DNA from: a virus
Taxonomy: Duplodnaviria > Caudoviricetes
Strand: one strand, 5' to 3'
IMG/VR virus record: IMGVR_UViG_3300037400_003286
DNA length: 64,000 bases
In this document: one piece after another, positions 37,506-46,908 of the stretch
Position numbering within the stretch: position 1 is the stretch's first letter
Layout: the number at the start of each line of letters is the position of its first letter
The notes under the pieces: generated by a model
Told to the model about the DNA's origin: nothing
Seen by the model: the letters and a program-made list of their open reading frames with translations, nothing else
Databases searched by the model: none
Program-made: the position numbers and the translations under genes

Positions 37506-37976
37506 TTACTCAGCTTCCTCTTTTGAACTCTTTGGAGTATATTCGATAACATCCATGATTTTTGTTTCCTTTGCTTCAACGCTGGTATAATCAATCATGG
37601 TTCCACCCATCATTTCATCTACACCCTTGATTGCACCATTAAGCGTGCTAGCTTGAACAAGGCATACAAAATTGGAACGTTTTTCTTTCTCTGTCTTTTC
37701 ATCTATAGTGATGAACTGAAGCTTTGCCTTATAGAAGCGATCTGCCATTTCATCATCAGAAAACCAGATCTCCTTATATTTTGCTTTCTTGATGTCCTTT
37801 ACTTCATATTCTCCACTAATATAAGCAGCCATTTCCTCGATAATACGAGCCTCCGCCTCTGTGAAAGAAAGAGCTTCTACTGTATATAATTCGGTAATTT
37901 TCTTCTGAAGGCCATCCTCCATTACCTTTTCATACTGAACTTTACATTCAAACCATTCAGATGTCTTTGATCTCAT
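37506..37976 (-). CDS. DUF4494-like protein (Bacteroidota family)
   Basis: WFECKVQYEK.MEDG.QKK.TE.Y.V.ALSFTEAEARI...ETKIMDV. Confidence 0.85.
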   Translation of the reverse strand: MRSKTSEWFECKVQYEKVMEDGLQKKITELYTVEALSFTEAEARIIEEMAAYISGEYEVKDIKKAKYKEIWFSDDEMADRFYKAKLQFITIDEKTEKEKRSNFVCLVQASTLNGAIKGVDEMMGGTMIDYTSVEAKETKIMDVIEYTPKSSKEEAE

Positions 37977-37988
37977 AAAAACAATTTA

Positions 37989-38279
37989 TTAAATTATTAA
38001 ACCTGACTTATTTTCTTGATTAGCTGATGAATCCTTCGATTCACCTAAAATTCGTGCAGCATTTCCCTTGTCCATATATTCTTGTGGAATTTTTCCACAT
38101 TTTGTACAAACATAAACTGGAATATCTACAATCTCATCTCTACCTGTCATTGTAACAATCTTTGATACTTTCTTCAAGATTGCTGCTGGTGCGAATGTTT
38201 TACATCCGCACTCACATACAATATTAGGAGAGTCAATCACTGCACCATAATTAATGGTTGGATTTCCTATATTTTCCAT
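37989..38279 (-). CDS. Zn-ribbon protein
   Basis: CECG...KKVS...CTKCG. Confidence 0.7.
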   Translation of the reverse strand: MENIGNPTINYGAVIDSPNIVCECGCKTFAPAAILKKVSKIVTMTGRDEIVDIPVYVCTKCGKIPQEYMDKGNAARILGESKDSSANQENKSGLII

Positions 38280-39325
38280 TATTCCTCGTTTTCTTTTTCT
38301 GATGGAATATTCTTTGGCATCTGATCACCGATCACGATACGATATTTTCCATCGTCTGTCCAATCGATACGATGAACATATGCCATGAACATATCACCAA
38401 CAATAAACTCACCTCTATCGAAGCTACTCTCCATATCTGGCGACATTGTGCTTCTGTGCATTAGACTTGCAAACGGATATTCACCATGTGCGTCACGGAT
38501 TGCGCAGAACAAACCGTTCTTAGACTGACCAGTAACACGAACATTAACTCTAAGTCCAGGAGTCAACTCATGCTCAACACGAGAAGGAAGAGTAAGCTCA
38601 AGGTACTTCTTATGCGAAACAACAAAGTTACTTGTCTGCTTCGAGAAGTTAACAACACATACATTCACAGTCTTACCAACAAGAGACTCGAAGTCTGTAA
38701 TCGGACCACTTGCTGCAAGTGAACCAGGAAGGAAGCACTTAACTCCATTAATATCAACAGTGTAACCACCGTTATTAACAGAAAGAATATGAGCAGCATA
38801 TCCGTATTTAGGAGTTCCCTCTTTCAGTTGCTCCATAAAGTCATGCTCGATATTTGCACGAACACCCTCCCAGATAGACACACGATTCTCTACAACCTTA
38901 GCAGTTCTTGCACGTTGCAGGATAATCTCCTTAGCCTCTGGATCCTTCAATGCAGACATGAATTGCTTAACACTACTGCAACCGATTGAATCGATAAACT
39001 GATGTTCCTTATTCATGTCAACCACAGCCGACATACCACCAAATGTGTCAAGAATAACCTCATGATCAGAAACCTGAGTAAGAGACTTAACATTGTAAAT
39101 AGAACCAGTAATCTGATCCTTTGGTGTGTAAACCTGGCCATTGAAATGAGCTTCCATCATATCATAAAGCTCCTGAGCATATGGCTCGTGACAATATACT
39201 ACATCACCATGTTTTGTTTTAACGTTACGATTTGGAATTAAATTTTTACCATTGTAACCATTTTCGTACAACGACCAATCGAAATCAGGATCTGGCTGTA
39301 CATTAGAATACTTTGTATTTACCAT
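38279..39325 (-). CDS. Ribosomal protein bS1-like RNA-binding protein
   Basis: GGYTVDINGVKCFLPGSL...VVSHK matches the RpsA S1 domain; a further S1-like domain follows. Confidence 0.8.
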   Translation of the reverse strand: MVNTKYSNVQPDPDFDWSLYENGYNGKNLIPNRNVKTKHGDVVYCHEPYAQELYDMMEAHFNGQVYTPKDQITGSIYNVKSLTQVSDHEVILDTFGGMSAVVDMNKEHQFIDSIGCSSVKQFMSALKDPEAKEIILQRARTAKVVENRVSIWEGVRANIEHDFMEQLKEGTPKYGYAAHILSVNNGGYTVDINGVKCFLPGSLAASGPITDFESLVGKTVNVCVVNFSKQTSNFVVSHKKYLELTLPSRVEHELTPGLRVNVRVTGQSKNGLFCAIRDAHGEYPFASLMHRSTMSPDMESSFDRGEFIVGDMFMAYVHRIDWTDDGKYRIVIGDQMPKNIPSEKENEE

Positions 39326-39351
39326 TCTAAATTATTTTAAATAAAACAACA

Positions 39352-40230
39352 TTACTCATTCATTGCTGCTATAACGATCTTTGTCGTTGAATTAACAGCG
39401 TCAAATAAAACTCTATCTACACTACCATCAATCGTGTTTTTTCCGATAATGATTTTGAAATTCTCATCAGACTTATCAAGCATCTTCAGGAAACGATCTC
39501 TTGTTACAGGAATATTGATTGGATACAATGGTTCCGCATCAAGTTCACCAATCTTATAGATAAAATTGGATTTCTTGTCAGATCCAATTCCACGATCCTT
39601 AACGTAAAGGGTTTTATCCTCGTTATAGAACACAAGGGCATCTTTTCTAACATCGATCTTAACAATGTCAGATGTCTTAATAATCGAATTGATTGCAGAT
39701 GAACTGATCTCAATAGATACGGAATCTGTTGCGTTGAATACAACACTCTTAAATGTATCATCAGACAGATATGTCAACTCTGATACACGGAATCCATCCA
39801 TTCTCATTTTAAGAATATCAGAACTAAAAGCGATGGATGTAGTGATAAAATCAATTGATTTATCCTTCTGGTTCTGAAGCATTTCATAGTCAATTTCAAT
39901 GTTGAAATTTGACTCTCCTTTCTCATTTACATCAGATCCGAGGCGTTCTACGATTTGGATGAACTTTTTAAGTTGGATCAATATACCAACCTTAATTCTG
40001 TTATCACCTCTTTCGCTTTCGCCATCATCAGAAACAATTGAAACGTGAGCTTCATCAAATGTTATGGATGAAAATCTGATTGAGGATTTATCCTCTGTAA
40101 ATGTCTTTGCTACGAATGCACGTAGATTTGTGTCGATTTCAAGTAAAAGAGATTCTCTGATTCTCAGATAGCTCTTTAGATAATTGATAAACGGATCGGC
40201 ACTTCCATTTAAATTTAGTTTTAACGTCAT
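39352..40230 (-). CDS. Hypothetical protein, possibly a sliding clamp
   Basis: 292 aa with a repeated helix-plus-strands pattern; behind an early promoter. No diagnostic motif. Confidence 0.4.
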   Translation of the reverse strand: MTLKLNLNGSADPFINYLKSYLRIRESLLLEIDTNLRAFVAKTFTEDKSSIRFSSITFDEAHVSIVSDDGESERGDNRIKVGILIQLKKFIQIVERLGSDVNEKGESNFNIEIDYEMLQNQKDKSIDFITTSIAFSSDILKMRMDGFRVSELTYLSDDTFKSVVFNATDSVSIEISSSAINSIIKTSDIVKIDVRKDALVFYNEDKTLYVKDRGIGSDKKSNFIYKIGELDAEPLYPINIPVTRDRFLKMLDKSDENFKIIIGKNTIDGSVDRVLFDAVNSTTKIVIAAMNE

Positions 40231-40343
40231 TTAAAAAATATTAAAAAGTGAAACATACTGTTACCTGTTGCAAATATACAACTTATTTTCCAAACAACAA
40301 AATGTTTTTCAATAATTGTTTTTGCCAGACTTTTAAGCCTTCT

Positions 40344-40383
40344 TATATTATTATACGCATGTTTTTCAAAAACGATTAAATAT
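40344..40383 (-). promoter_or_regulatory. Third promoter class ATATTTAATC-N16-CGTATAATAATATA (also 58126-58165; half site 63984-63997)
   Basis: Two copies with identical boxes and identical 16-nt spacing; contains TATAAT. Confidence 0.55.
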
Positions 40384-40414
40384 AACAAAAAATTAAGCTG
40401 GAAAAATATCCAGC

Positions 40415-42277
40415 TTAATTTATATTTGTTTTTCCTCTTAATGTTATGTTTATAGGACCGACCAGAGCATTAATGTCATCCTCATAATAGACATCGTTTG
40501 CTGATGTAAATCCTCCTCTGAACAAAGGCTGGATGTCATTTATGTCAAGCATGTTTCCAAGTCTGTCCGTAACGCTTCTCTTTAATACTATATCACCGTA
40601 TTGATCAATTCCATAATTACCCTTACCGAAGTAATTCTGGTTGTTTTTATCAGCGTCAAAAAAAACAGATACAGAGTCAACACCGTCAACACCCTCAACT
40701 ATTCTTATAATATCGGATACTGGCATTCTGTCTCTTCTTACATTTGAAATAAGATAATCAGAAACAGCGGATACAATTGAACTCTTAACAGAATTGAAAT
40801 CATAATTACTCCACATCTGTATGAATATGTTCATTGCAAATTTAACATAGACTGGATCTATAATCTGGTTATCAACAGTTATAATCTTTTGACCAGAATT
40901 GTCAATAAGACTTATGATATTTGATTTCTCATCTTCTGTCAACTTGAATCTATCTTCAGAACACGTAAAATAATTCTCTCCAGAACTCAATCTCTTTGTT
41001 ATGTCTGGTATAAGATACAGATAGATAACATTATCATCAAGCTTAGACTCATCATACTTTATTCTAAGAGCATCAAGCTCAACCTTCATCTGATTCAACT
41101 GATTAAGAATATCCTGTGCATCTTTTGATGAAACACCAGTAAGAGCAACCTGATCAGAATAAAGCTGCTTTGTAGTATTGTATTCTGCTTTCTTTGTTGT
41201 ATATTGTTCCTCTATTTTTATATCCTCCTTTGTGTTGAATCCAGAGAACACATCAACAATAGAGAATAGATTTAACTTGGACAAGAATGTTTTGTAATTG
41301 TCAACATTTGCAAAAACAAAGTTCCTGGAAGCATGAGGTGCTAACTGACGAGTCATCTCTATACTTTCACCGTTTGATCCGAATAGAATATCAGAAGAAG
41401 ATGACAATGTGTATATGCTGTTAAGATCAACATAATCATCGTTTATATCATATCCACCATCGGCGAAAGCCCAATAGTTCTCATCGCCAACGTGTTCAAC
41501 ATTACCATTATCTCCACCACACACAATATATTCGCAAAGAATTGTTGATCCTAATACTGGTATTTTTCCATTATTACCAGTACCGAAGAAAACATCTATT
41601 CCTCCGTTCATACTTGTTCTTACAATACAAGCCTCTTGCTCATATCCCATATCAAGTATAGACTTAACTGTTTCCCATCTCTTTCCGTTAACATAAACGT
41701 TAAGGAAGAAATCATCTATAATAGAATCAGTCTTATTGGCAAAGTTAAATGACTGCAATGCTTCTCCAGTACCAGTACCCTGCTGGTATTTAAGTTCACC
41801 CTGGATAATAGGTATCTCAACCTTAGAATCATAAGCACCAACAGTTATCTGCATTGTATTCTGAGGTAAAATAGCAAGATATGTAAGACCGTTTGATCCG
41901 TTTGTAATCTTTGTATAATTCTTTATGTATATCGTCTGTCCTTCATATTCAGATGACATGTTGTACGTCATATACAATGAACCCCTTGCTGCAACACCGA
42001 GAGAAGGTGAATGACCAGTCAATTCAGCCAAGCCTCTGATCGATCTTGCCTGATACGCCGTTTTGATGTTCATCTCAGTTATTGAATTCTCGACATAGAA
42101 TAGTATCATTCTTCCGAGATTTACAGTAACATTAACGATCTGAGCAAACGGTGAGGCTGATGTGAACTCCCTATCATTTGCAGCATAAACAGTTTTAAGG
42201 TAATTGACAACATCTTCATACATCTGTGTCAATCCTATTCTGTTCGTCTTGAATATTTTAAAATCTAACTTTGCCAT
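40415..42277 (-). CDS. Baseplate wedge protein (T4 gp6-like)
   Basis: TAYQARSI.GLA...G, IIQG, V.FG.G..GKIP, G..GN, GESIE...AP...DNY. Confidence 0.85.
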   Translation of the reverse strand: MAKLDFKIFKTNRIGLTQMYEDVVNYLKTVYAANDREFTSASPFAQIVNVTVNLGRMILFYVENSITEMNIKTAYQARSIRGLAELTGHSPSLGVAARGSLYMTYNMSSEYEGQTIYIKNYTKITNGSNGLTYLAILPQNTMQITVGAYDSKVEIPIIQGELKYQQGTGTGEALQSFNFANKTDSIIDDFFLNVYVNGKRWETVKSILDMGYEQEACIVRTSMNGGIDVFFGTGNNGKIPVLGSTILCEYIVCGGDNGNVEHVGDENYWAFADGGYDINDDYVDLNSIYTLSSSSDILFGSNGESIEMTRQLAPHASRNFVFANVDNYKTFLSKLNLFSIVDVFSGFNTKEDIKIEEQYTTKKAEYNTTKQLYSDQVALTGVSSKDAQDILNQLNQMKVELDALRIKYDESKLDDNVIYLYLIPDITKRLSSGENYFTCSEDRFKLTEDEKSNIISLIDNSGQKIITVDNQIIDPVYVKFAMNIFIQMWSNYDFNSVKSSIVSAVSDYLISNVRRDRMPVSDIIRIVEGVDGVDSVSVFFDADKNNQNYFGKGNYGIDQYGDIVLKRSVTDRLGNMLDINDIQPLFRGGFTSANDVYYEDDINALVGPINITLRGKTNIN

Positions 42278-42291
42278 TTATTGTGTATTTA

Positions 42292-45200
42292 TTAAGCTAT
42301 TTTAAAAGATGTTGGTATCTTAACTTCCATTATACCGCTATCACATGCGCTATTATCTGGAGTGAGTGTAAGCGTACTATTTTTTATTGCATTAACTATT
42401 GCTTCAGCAAGAGCGACAGGATCAAACGCTGTTGTTTGATTATTAACCTGCTGATTAACAGTAGTGTTATTAGGTGTTCCAGGAGTTTGTGGTGTGTACT
42501 TTTGTTGTGGTGTTGGTGTATATTCAGGAGCCTTATATGTTTGAGCATTCTTAATAAGGTTATTAAGAGACTCAATTGCATTCTTACCACCATTAACATC
42601 CTCAACTACAGCCTTTATTCTCTTCTCGAATTCATCAAGTGCTTTATTTCTCTTATCCTCATCCTTAATAAGAATAGTATCAAGATCCTTGAATGCCGTT
42701 TTGAGGTTTTCAACACTCTTTGAGAATGCGTCAACATTTGGCTTACTCTTAGGCATCTTCTTATCAACAACATCGGTCATAAATTTTACAATCGATTTGC
42801 TGTTAGTAAGAATTCTTTCACCTGTAAGATTTGACATGCTTCCAGCAATCTTCAGAACAGATTGTATAACAGCAACCTTTGTGCTCATGGTTTCAACATC
42901 AATTGCTGAAATTGAAGTTATAAGCTGTGAATTTGCATAAACAATAGCATCTGAATTTGATCTTATTAAATCAGCCTTTATCTTTTCACTTGACATTTCT
43001 ACAGCAGACTTAACCATATCATTGATAGGCTTTAGCAACTTATCAAGAGATGTACTCTGGAAGAAATTAATATCTTTCCAGCTATCTGCATCTTTATATA
43101 CAGCGGTTACGAAAGAAGTGATAAGATCAGCAATAACATTACCTGTTCTCTTTACATCAACCTCTGGTCCAGTTTGTATATTACCATCCTTATCAACGTA
43201 AATCTTTCTCAGTGTTCCGTTTGATCCTGGCATTAATCCAGAAACCATATCAACAAACTTACAGATAGGTTCGATGATAACACCAAGAATACCAGCAACT
43301 TCTCTTACAGAATCTGCTCTCTTGTTTGTTTGACCAAACAATCCCTCAAAGAATGTTCTATCACCATAAATCAGTTCAGCCCAATTCTCAGTAACTTCTT
43401 TCTTATAAAGTTCTGAAACGAATGATGTAATAGCACCAGCTATGACAACAGCCACATTTTTGATGTTTACTGGATAACCTATCTTAACTTCACCCTTTTC
43501 ATCTATACTAACGGTGCAAAGAGTATCTGGATCATCACCAGTTGTAAATCCTGTCAACATCTCAACGAATTTAGAGATAGGTTCAGTTATTGTAGAAAGA
43601 ACTTCAAATATCTCTTTAGCATTATACATATTTCGTACTTCCTCGAAACTGTATTGACTGTTTTCAACAAAAGCCTTAACAGTCTGTGCTATAACTGTTG
43701 CGAGATTCTTTATATCAACTGGTTCACCATAACGCACTTCACCAGTTTCCTTGTCTATTGAAAGTATCTGTCGTAATCTTCCAGAATCATCAACTATGCC
43801 TACAATCTGAGCGATCTTAGATATTGATTCAGCCACAGTCAATATGCTTCCAACAAGTTCAGCCAGAAGTGCATATTTAGCCATCATTTTAAGCATTGTG
43901 AATATACCAATGTCTACACTGAAATTATCGGAATTGATATTCTTCAAAATAGCTGGAATACCTACAGTTAGCGTATCTTTAATCTTTTCTGCTCCACCAG
44001 CTTCCTCGATTGCTTTTGATAAATTAACAATCTGATGTACAACACCAATCACAAGAAGAGAGAATCCAGCAACAGCAAGCATTCCTGGAGTACCAAGAGC
44101 AATAGGTATTATAAGTAATGCCATTGCACCAGCAAGCAAACCAAATGTACCAAGCATAGCAGACATTCCGAGAACATCCATCTCAAGCTCTTTCCAGTTA
44201 GTACCAGACTCTGTTATGGCGTTATGTAAATTAACAACAAGATGAGCTATTCCTATAGCACCAACCATCAACAGTTCAACAGGAACAAGAGCGATCGATC
44301 CAAGTAATACTGGCGCAAATATAAGTCCAAATGCAGCAGCCAATAATCCAAATGTACCAACTATTCCAGCAAGACCGAGAACATCAAGCTCAAGATCCAT
44401 CCATCCGATTCCAGCTTCTTCTTTTACATTGTGTAATCCGATAAGAAGATGTGTTACACCTATAGCACCAGCTATAAGCAATTCAACAGGAACAAGCGCA
44501 ACAACACCTAAAAGTATTTCTGGTGCAATGAAACTTGCAGCAGCAGCCAACAGGCCAAATGCTGTTATGATACCCATTACACCAAGTACATCAAGATAAA
44601 GATCACCCCATGTTATATCATTCTGTGTCTTTACATAATCTAATGCTACAACCAATCCTGCTACAGCTATAGCACCAGCAGCCAACAATTCAATCATAGC
44701 TACTGCTGGTATACCGACCGAAATATACTGTTGTAGTTGTCCAGCAACAGCAGCCAAAGCACCAAATGCAACGATTATAGACATAGATAGTCCGATAGCT
44801 GCAAGTATATCAAGTTCGTGTCCTGTTGTATAATCTGCCAATTGTTTTGCAACAAAGACAACAGCCATAGCACCAAGAGCAAGACCCTCAAGAATAGCCA
44901 ACGAAATCATAGCTTGCTGTGACGATTTCAATACCTGAGATGCGGCCCATCCGATACCTATCAATAATCCCATTACTGCAACAACAGAACCAAGACCTAT
45001 TAGTATAGACTTATAATTTTCAGCAGCATAATCGCCCAGGAATTTAGCAGCAACTATAAGGATCATCGATACAAATGTCAATGCAAATATTGCGGCATAT
45101 GATTGGATCACTTCTCTCGACATAGCAGCCTTACCAGCAAGACCTACAAGCCAAAATACGGCTGTCAACAATATCATTGTAGCACCAACAATTGCAATAC

Positions 45201-46077
45201 CTTTCATCAAAGGTTCCCAACCACCAAGAGCTTCAATAGCCATTCCAAGACCAAAACAAGCAGCAACAAGTATAACAGATGCAAGCATCATTGTCATGAT
45301 GTCTTTCATCGCAGAAAATGCGCCAACGCCTTTGATAACTTTACCAGCAAGTCCTGTTAACAGTATAACAGCAGTTGTTGTCAAAAGAACAGCACCCAAT
45401 ACCATCAACCCACCAAGAATAATATCTCTTGTTGGTCCAATCATAAGTATCAATCCGAGTCCCATACAAAGTCCAACAAACAAAGTGGCCTTCACGACAA
45501 CTTTCATAAGAGGATCGATCGCCTTTGTTACGTCATTAAGCTTCTTTATCCTATCAGTAACGTTAGACATTTTTGAGACAGTTGTTAATATAGCATCTAT
45601 TGCTTTTATTACGCCATTTGCCAATTTTAATCCTAACGTTGCTATTGGAGCCTTTACAACAAGTCCAGCAGCACCGTTAAGTGACTTAGCCAATATATCA
45701 AGTGATTCAACAAGTATCTTCGCATTGTTTGCAGCATCCTTGTTATTCTTAGCACATTCAGAAAGCTTATTAACACTTTTAATAACCTGATCAAGAACCT
45801 TAGTAAAACTCTTTATCTTAGATCCAGACAATTTAGAAATACTAAGAATGCTTGGTGAAAGTGTATTAAGCATACTTACAACTTCACCTATGCTAGCTTT
45901 TGATATACTTGGTTTTGCAATATCGGCAGCAGGATTTACATCAGCATTAGTAGTAACATTACCGCGTGACAATTTAGCAGTAGCCGCTTCTCCAGATCCG
46001 TTTTGCGGAGCCATAGATTTAGCTATCTCCTTTACGGTCATATTAATACTTGATAATATGTCGATAGTATTTTGCAC
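42292..46077 (-). CDS. Tape measure protein
   Basis: 1261 aa; long hydrophobic A/G/L repeats with periodic W.DL..DVLG; follows the sheath and tube genes. Confidence 0.8.
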   Translation of the reverse strand: MQNTIDILSSINMTVKEIAKSMAPQNGSGEAATAKLSRGNVTTNADVNPAADIAKPSISKASIGEVVSMLNTLSPSILSISKLSGSKIKSFTKVLDQVIKSVNKLSECAKNNKDAANNAKILVESLDILAKSLNGAAGLVVKAPIATLGLKLANGVIKAIDAILTTVSKMSNVTDRIKKLNDVTKAIDPLMKVVVKATLFVGLCMGLGLILMIGPTRDIILGGLMVLGAVLLTTTAVILLTGLAGKVIKGVGAFSAMKDIMTMMLASVILVAACFGLGMAIEALGGWEPLMKGIAIVGATMILLTAVFWLVGLAGKAAMSREVIQSYAAIFALTFVSMILIVAAKFLGDYAAENYKSILIGLGSVVAVMGLLIGIGWAASQVLKSSQQAMISLAILEGLALGAMAVVFVAKQLADYTTGHELDILAAIGLSMSIIVAFGALAAVAGQLQQYISVGIPAVAMIELLAAGAIAVAGLVVALDYVKTQNDITWGDLYLDVLGVMGIITAFGLLAAAASFIAPEILLGVVALVPVELLIAGAIGVTHLLIGLHNVKEEAGIGWMDLELDVLGLAGIVGTFGLLAAAFGLIFAPVLLGSIALVPVELLMVGAIGIAHLVVNLHNAITESGTNWKELEMDVLGMSAMLGTFGLLAGAMALLIIPIALGTPGMLAVAGFSLLVIGVVHQIVNLSKAIEEAGGAEKIKDTLTVGIPAILKNINSDNFSVDIGIFTMLKMMAKYALLAELVGSILTVAESISKIAQIVGIVDDSGRLRQILSIDKETGEVRYGEPVDIKNLATVIAQTVKAFVENSQYSFEEVRNMYNAKEIFEVLSTITEPISKFVEMLTGFTTGDDPDTLCTVSIDEKGEVKIGYPVNIKNVAVVIAGAITSFVSELYKKEVTENWAELIYGDRTFFEGLFGQTNKRADSVREVAGILGVIIEPICKFVDMVSGLMPGSNGTLRKIYVDKDGNIQTGPEVDVKRTGNVIADLITSFVTAVYKDADSWKDINFFQSTSLDKLLKPINDMVKSAVEMSSEKIKADLIRSNSDAIVYANSQLITSISAIDVETMSTKVAVIQSVLKIAGSMSNLTGERILTNSKSIVKFMTDVVDKKMPKSKPNVDAFSKSVENLKTAFKDLDTILIKDEDKRNKALDEFEKRIKAVVEDVNGGKNAIESLNNLIKNAQTYKAPEYTPTPQQKYTPQTPGTPNNTTVNQQVNNQTTAFDPVALAEAIVNAIKNSTLTLTPDNSACDSGIMEVKIPTSFKIA

Positions 46078-46179
46078 TAGTTTGATCTAAACATTTTACT
46101 ATTTATCTGAAAAATCCTAATATGGCGATTTTTAATCTCCGTGAGATTAAATTTTATACAACGTCTAAATAAAAAACAA

Positions 46180-46208
46180 AAATGGACCACGATTCGTGAT
46201 CCATTTTC
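46180..46208. terminator. Intrinsic terminator after the tail tube gene
   Basis: aaaatggaccacg-att-cgtgatccatttt. Confidence 0.65.
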
Positions 46209-46249
46209 ATCAAATTAAAATATAATTGTAACTAGTTAAAGTCAGTCTA

Positions 46250-46882
46250 TTACAACATTACTTCATCCCAGTAATCACAACGTAATGTGTATCCAGTAAC
46301 CTTATAAAGTGTATTCTTCTGTGAATAATCAAGCTGTGGAACAGGAAGATTAGTAATTGGGAATACATTATAAAGAGTCCACTGCCAGAAAGGTTGGTTA
46401 GCCTTATCGTGCATTGTTACTGTTACAGTTGGAGCAACATAGTTTACCTTCAATCCTTGTCTACCAGTAAGAGGATCCCAGATAAGATCGTTCCATCTTC
46501 TAAGAATCTTTAAGGTATACATGTCTGGTGAACCAGCAGCAGAACCTCTGACGTTGATCTCAAAGTCGAGCTTCACATCAATGTAAGTCTGGTCAGTACC
46601 AGAGTTAGCGAAGCTTCGATCAGCGAATTTATAGTGCTGAAGTGTTGCACCAGGAACCTTGTTTGTATCCAATCCATCAACCTTCTGAACACCTTCAAGT
46701 AACAGGTTCTTATCATCGTCTGAAACACCGCCTGTGCCTGTCAAGCCCTTTGGAAGCTGGAATTCAACAGTAAACAAGTTAAGATAAACAGGCTCGTACA
46801 TCTCCATAGAGACGCGAGATGTCTTAAAGTGAGGAAGACCCATCAGTCCGACGGAAGTCAATCCAGTGCCATCATTTGCCAT
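46250..46882 (-). CDS. Tail tube protein (gp19-like)
   Basis: EP...NLF.V, LRRW...DP.TG, W.L.NVFP, CDYW; directly after the sheath gene. Confidence 0.85.
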   Translation of the reverse strand: MANDGTGLTSVGLMGLPHFKTSRVSMEMYEPVYLNLFTVEFQLPKGLTGTGGVSDDDKNLLLEGVQKVDGLDTNKVPGATLQHYKFADRSFANSGTDQTYIDVKLDFEINVRGSAAGSPDMYTLKILRRWNDLIWDPLTGRQGLKVNYVAPTVTVTMHDKANQPFWQWTLYNVFPITNLPVPQLDYSQKNTLYKVTGYTLRCDYWDEVML

Positions 46883-46908
46883 ATCTATTAATCTTATTTT
46901 CTTTTATT

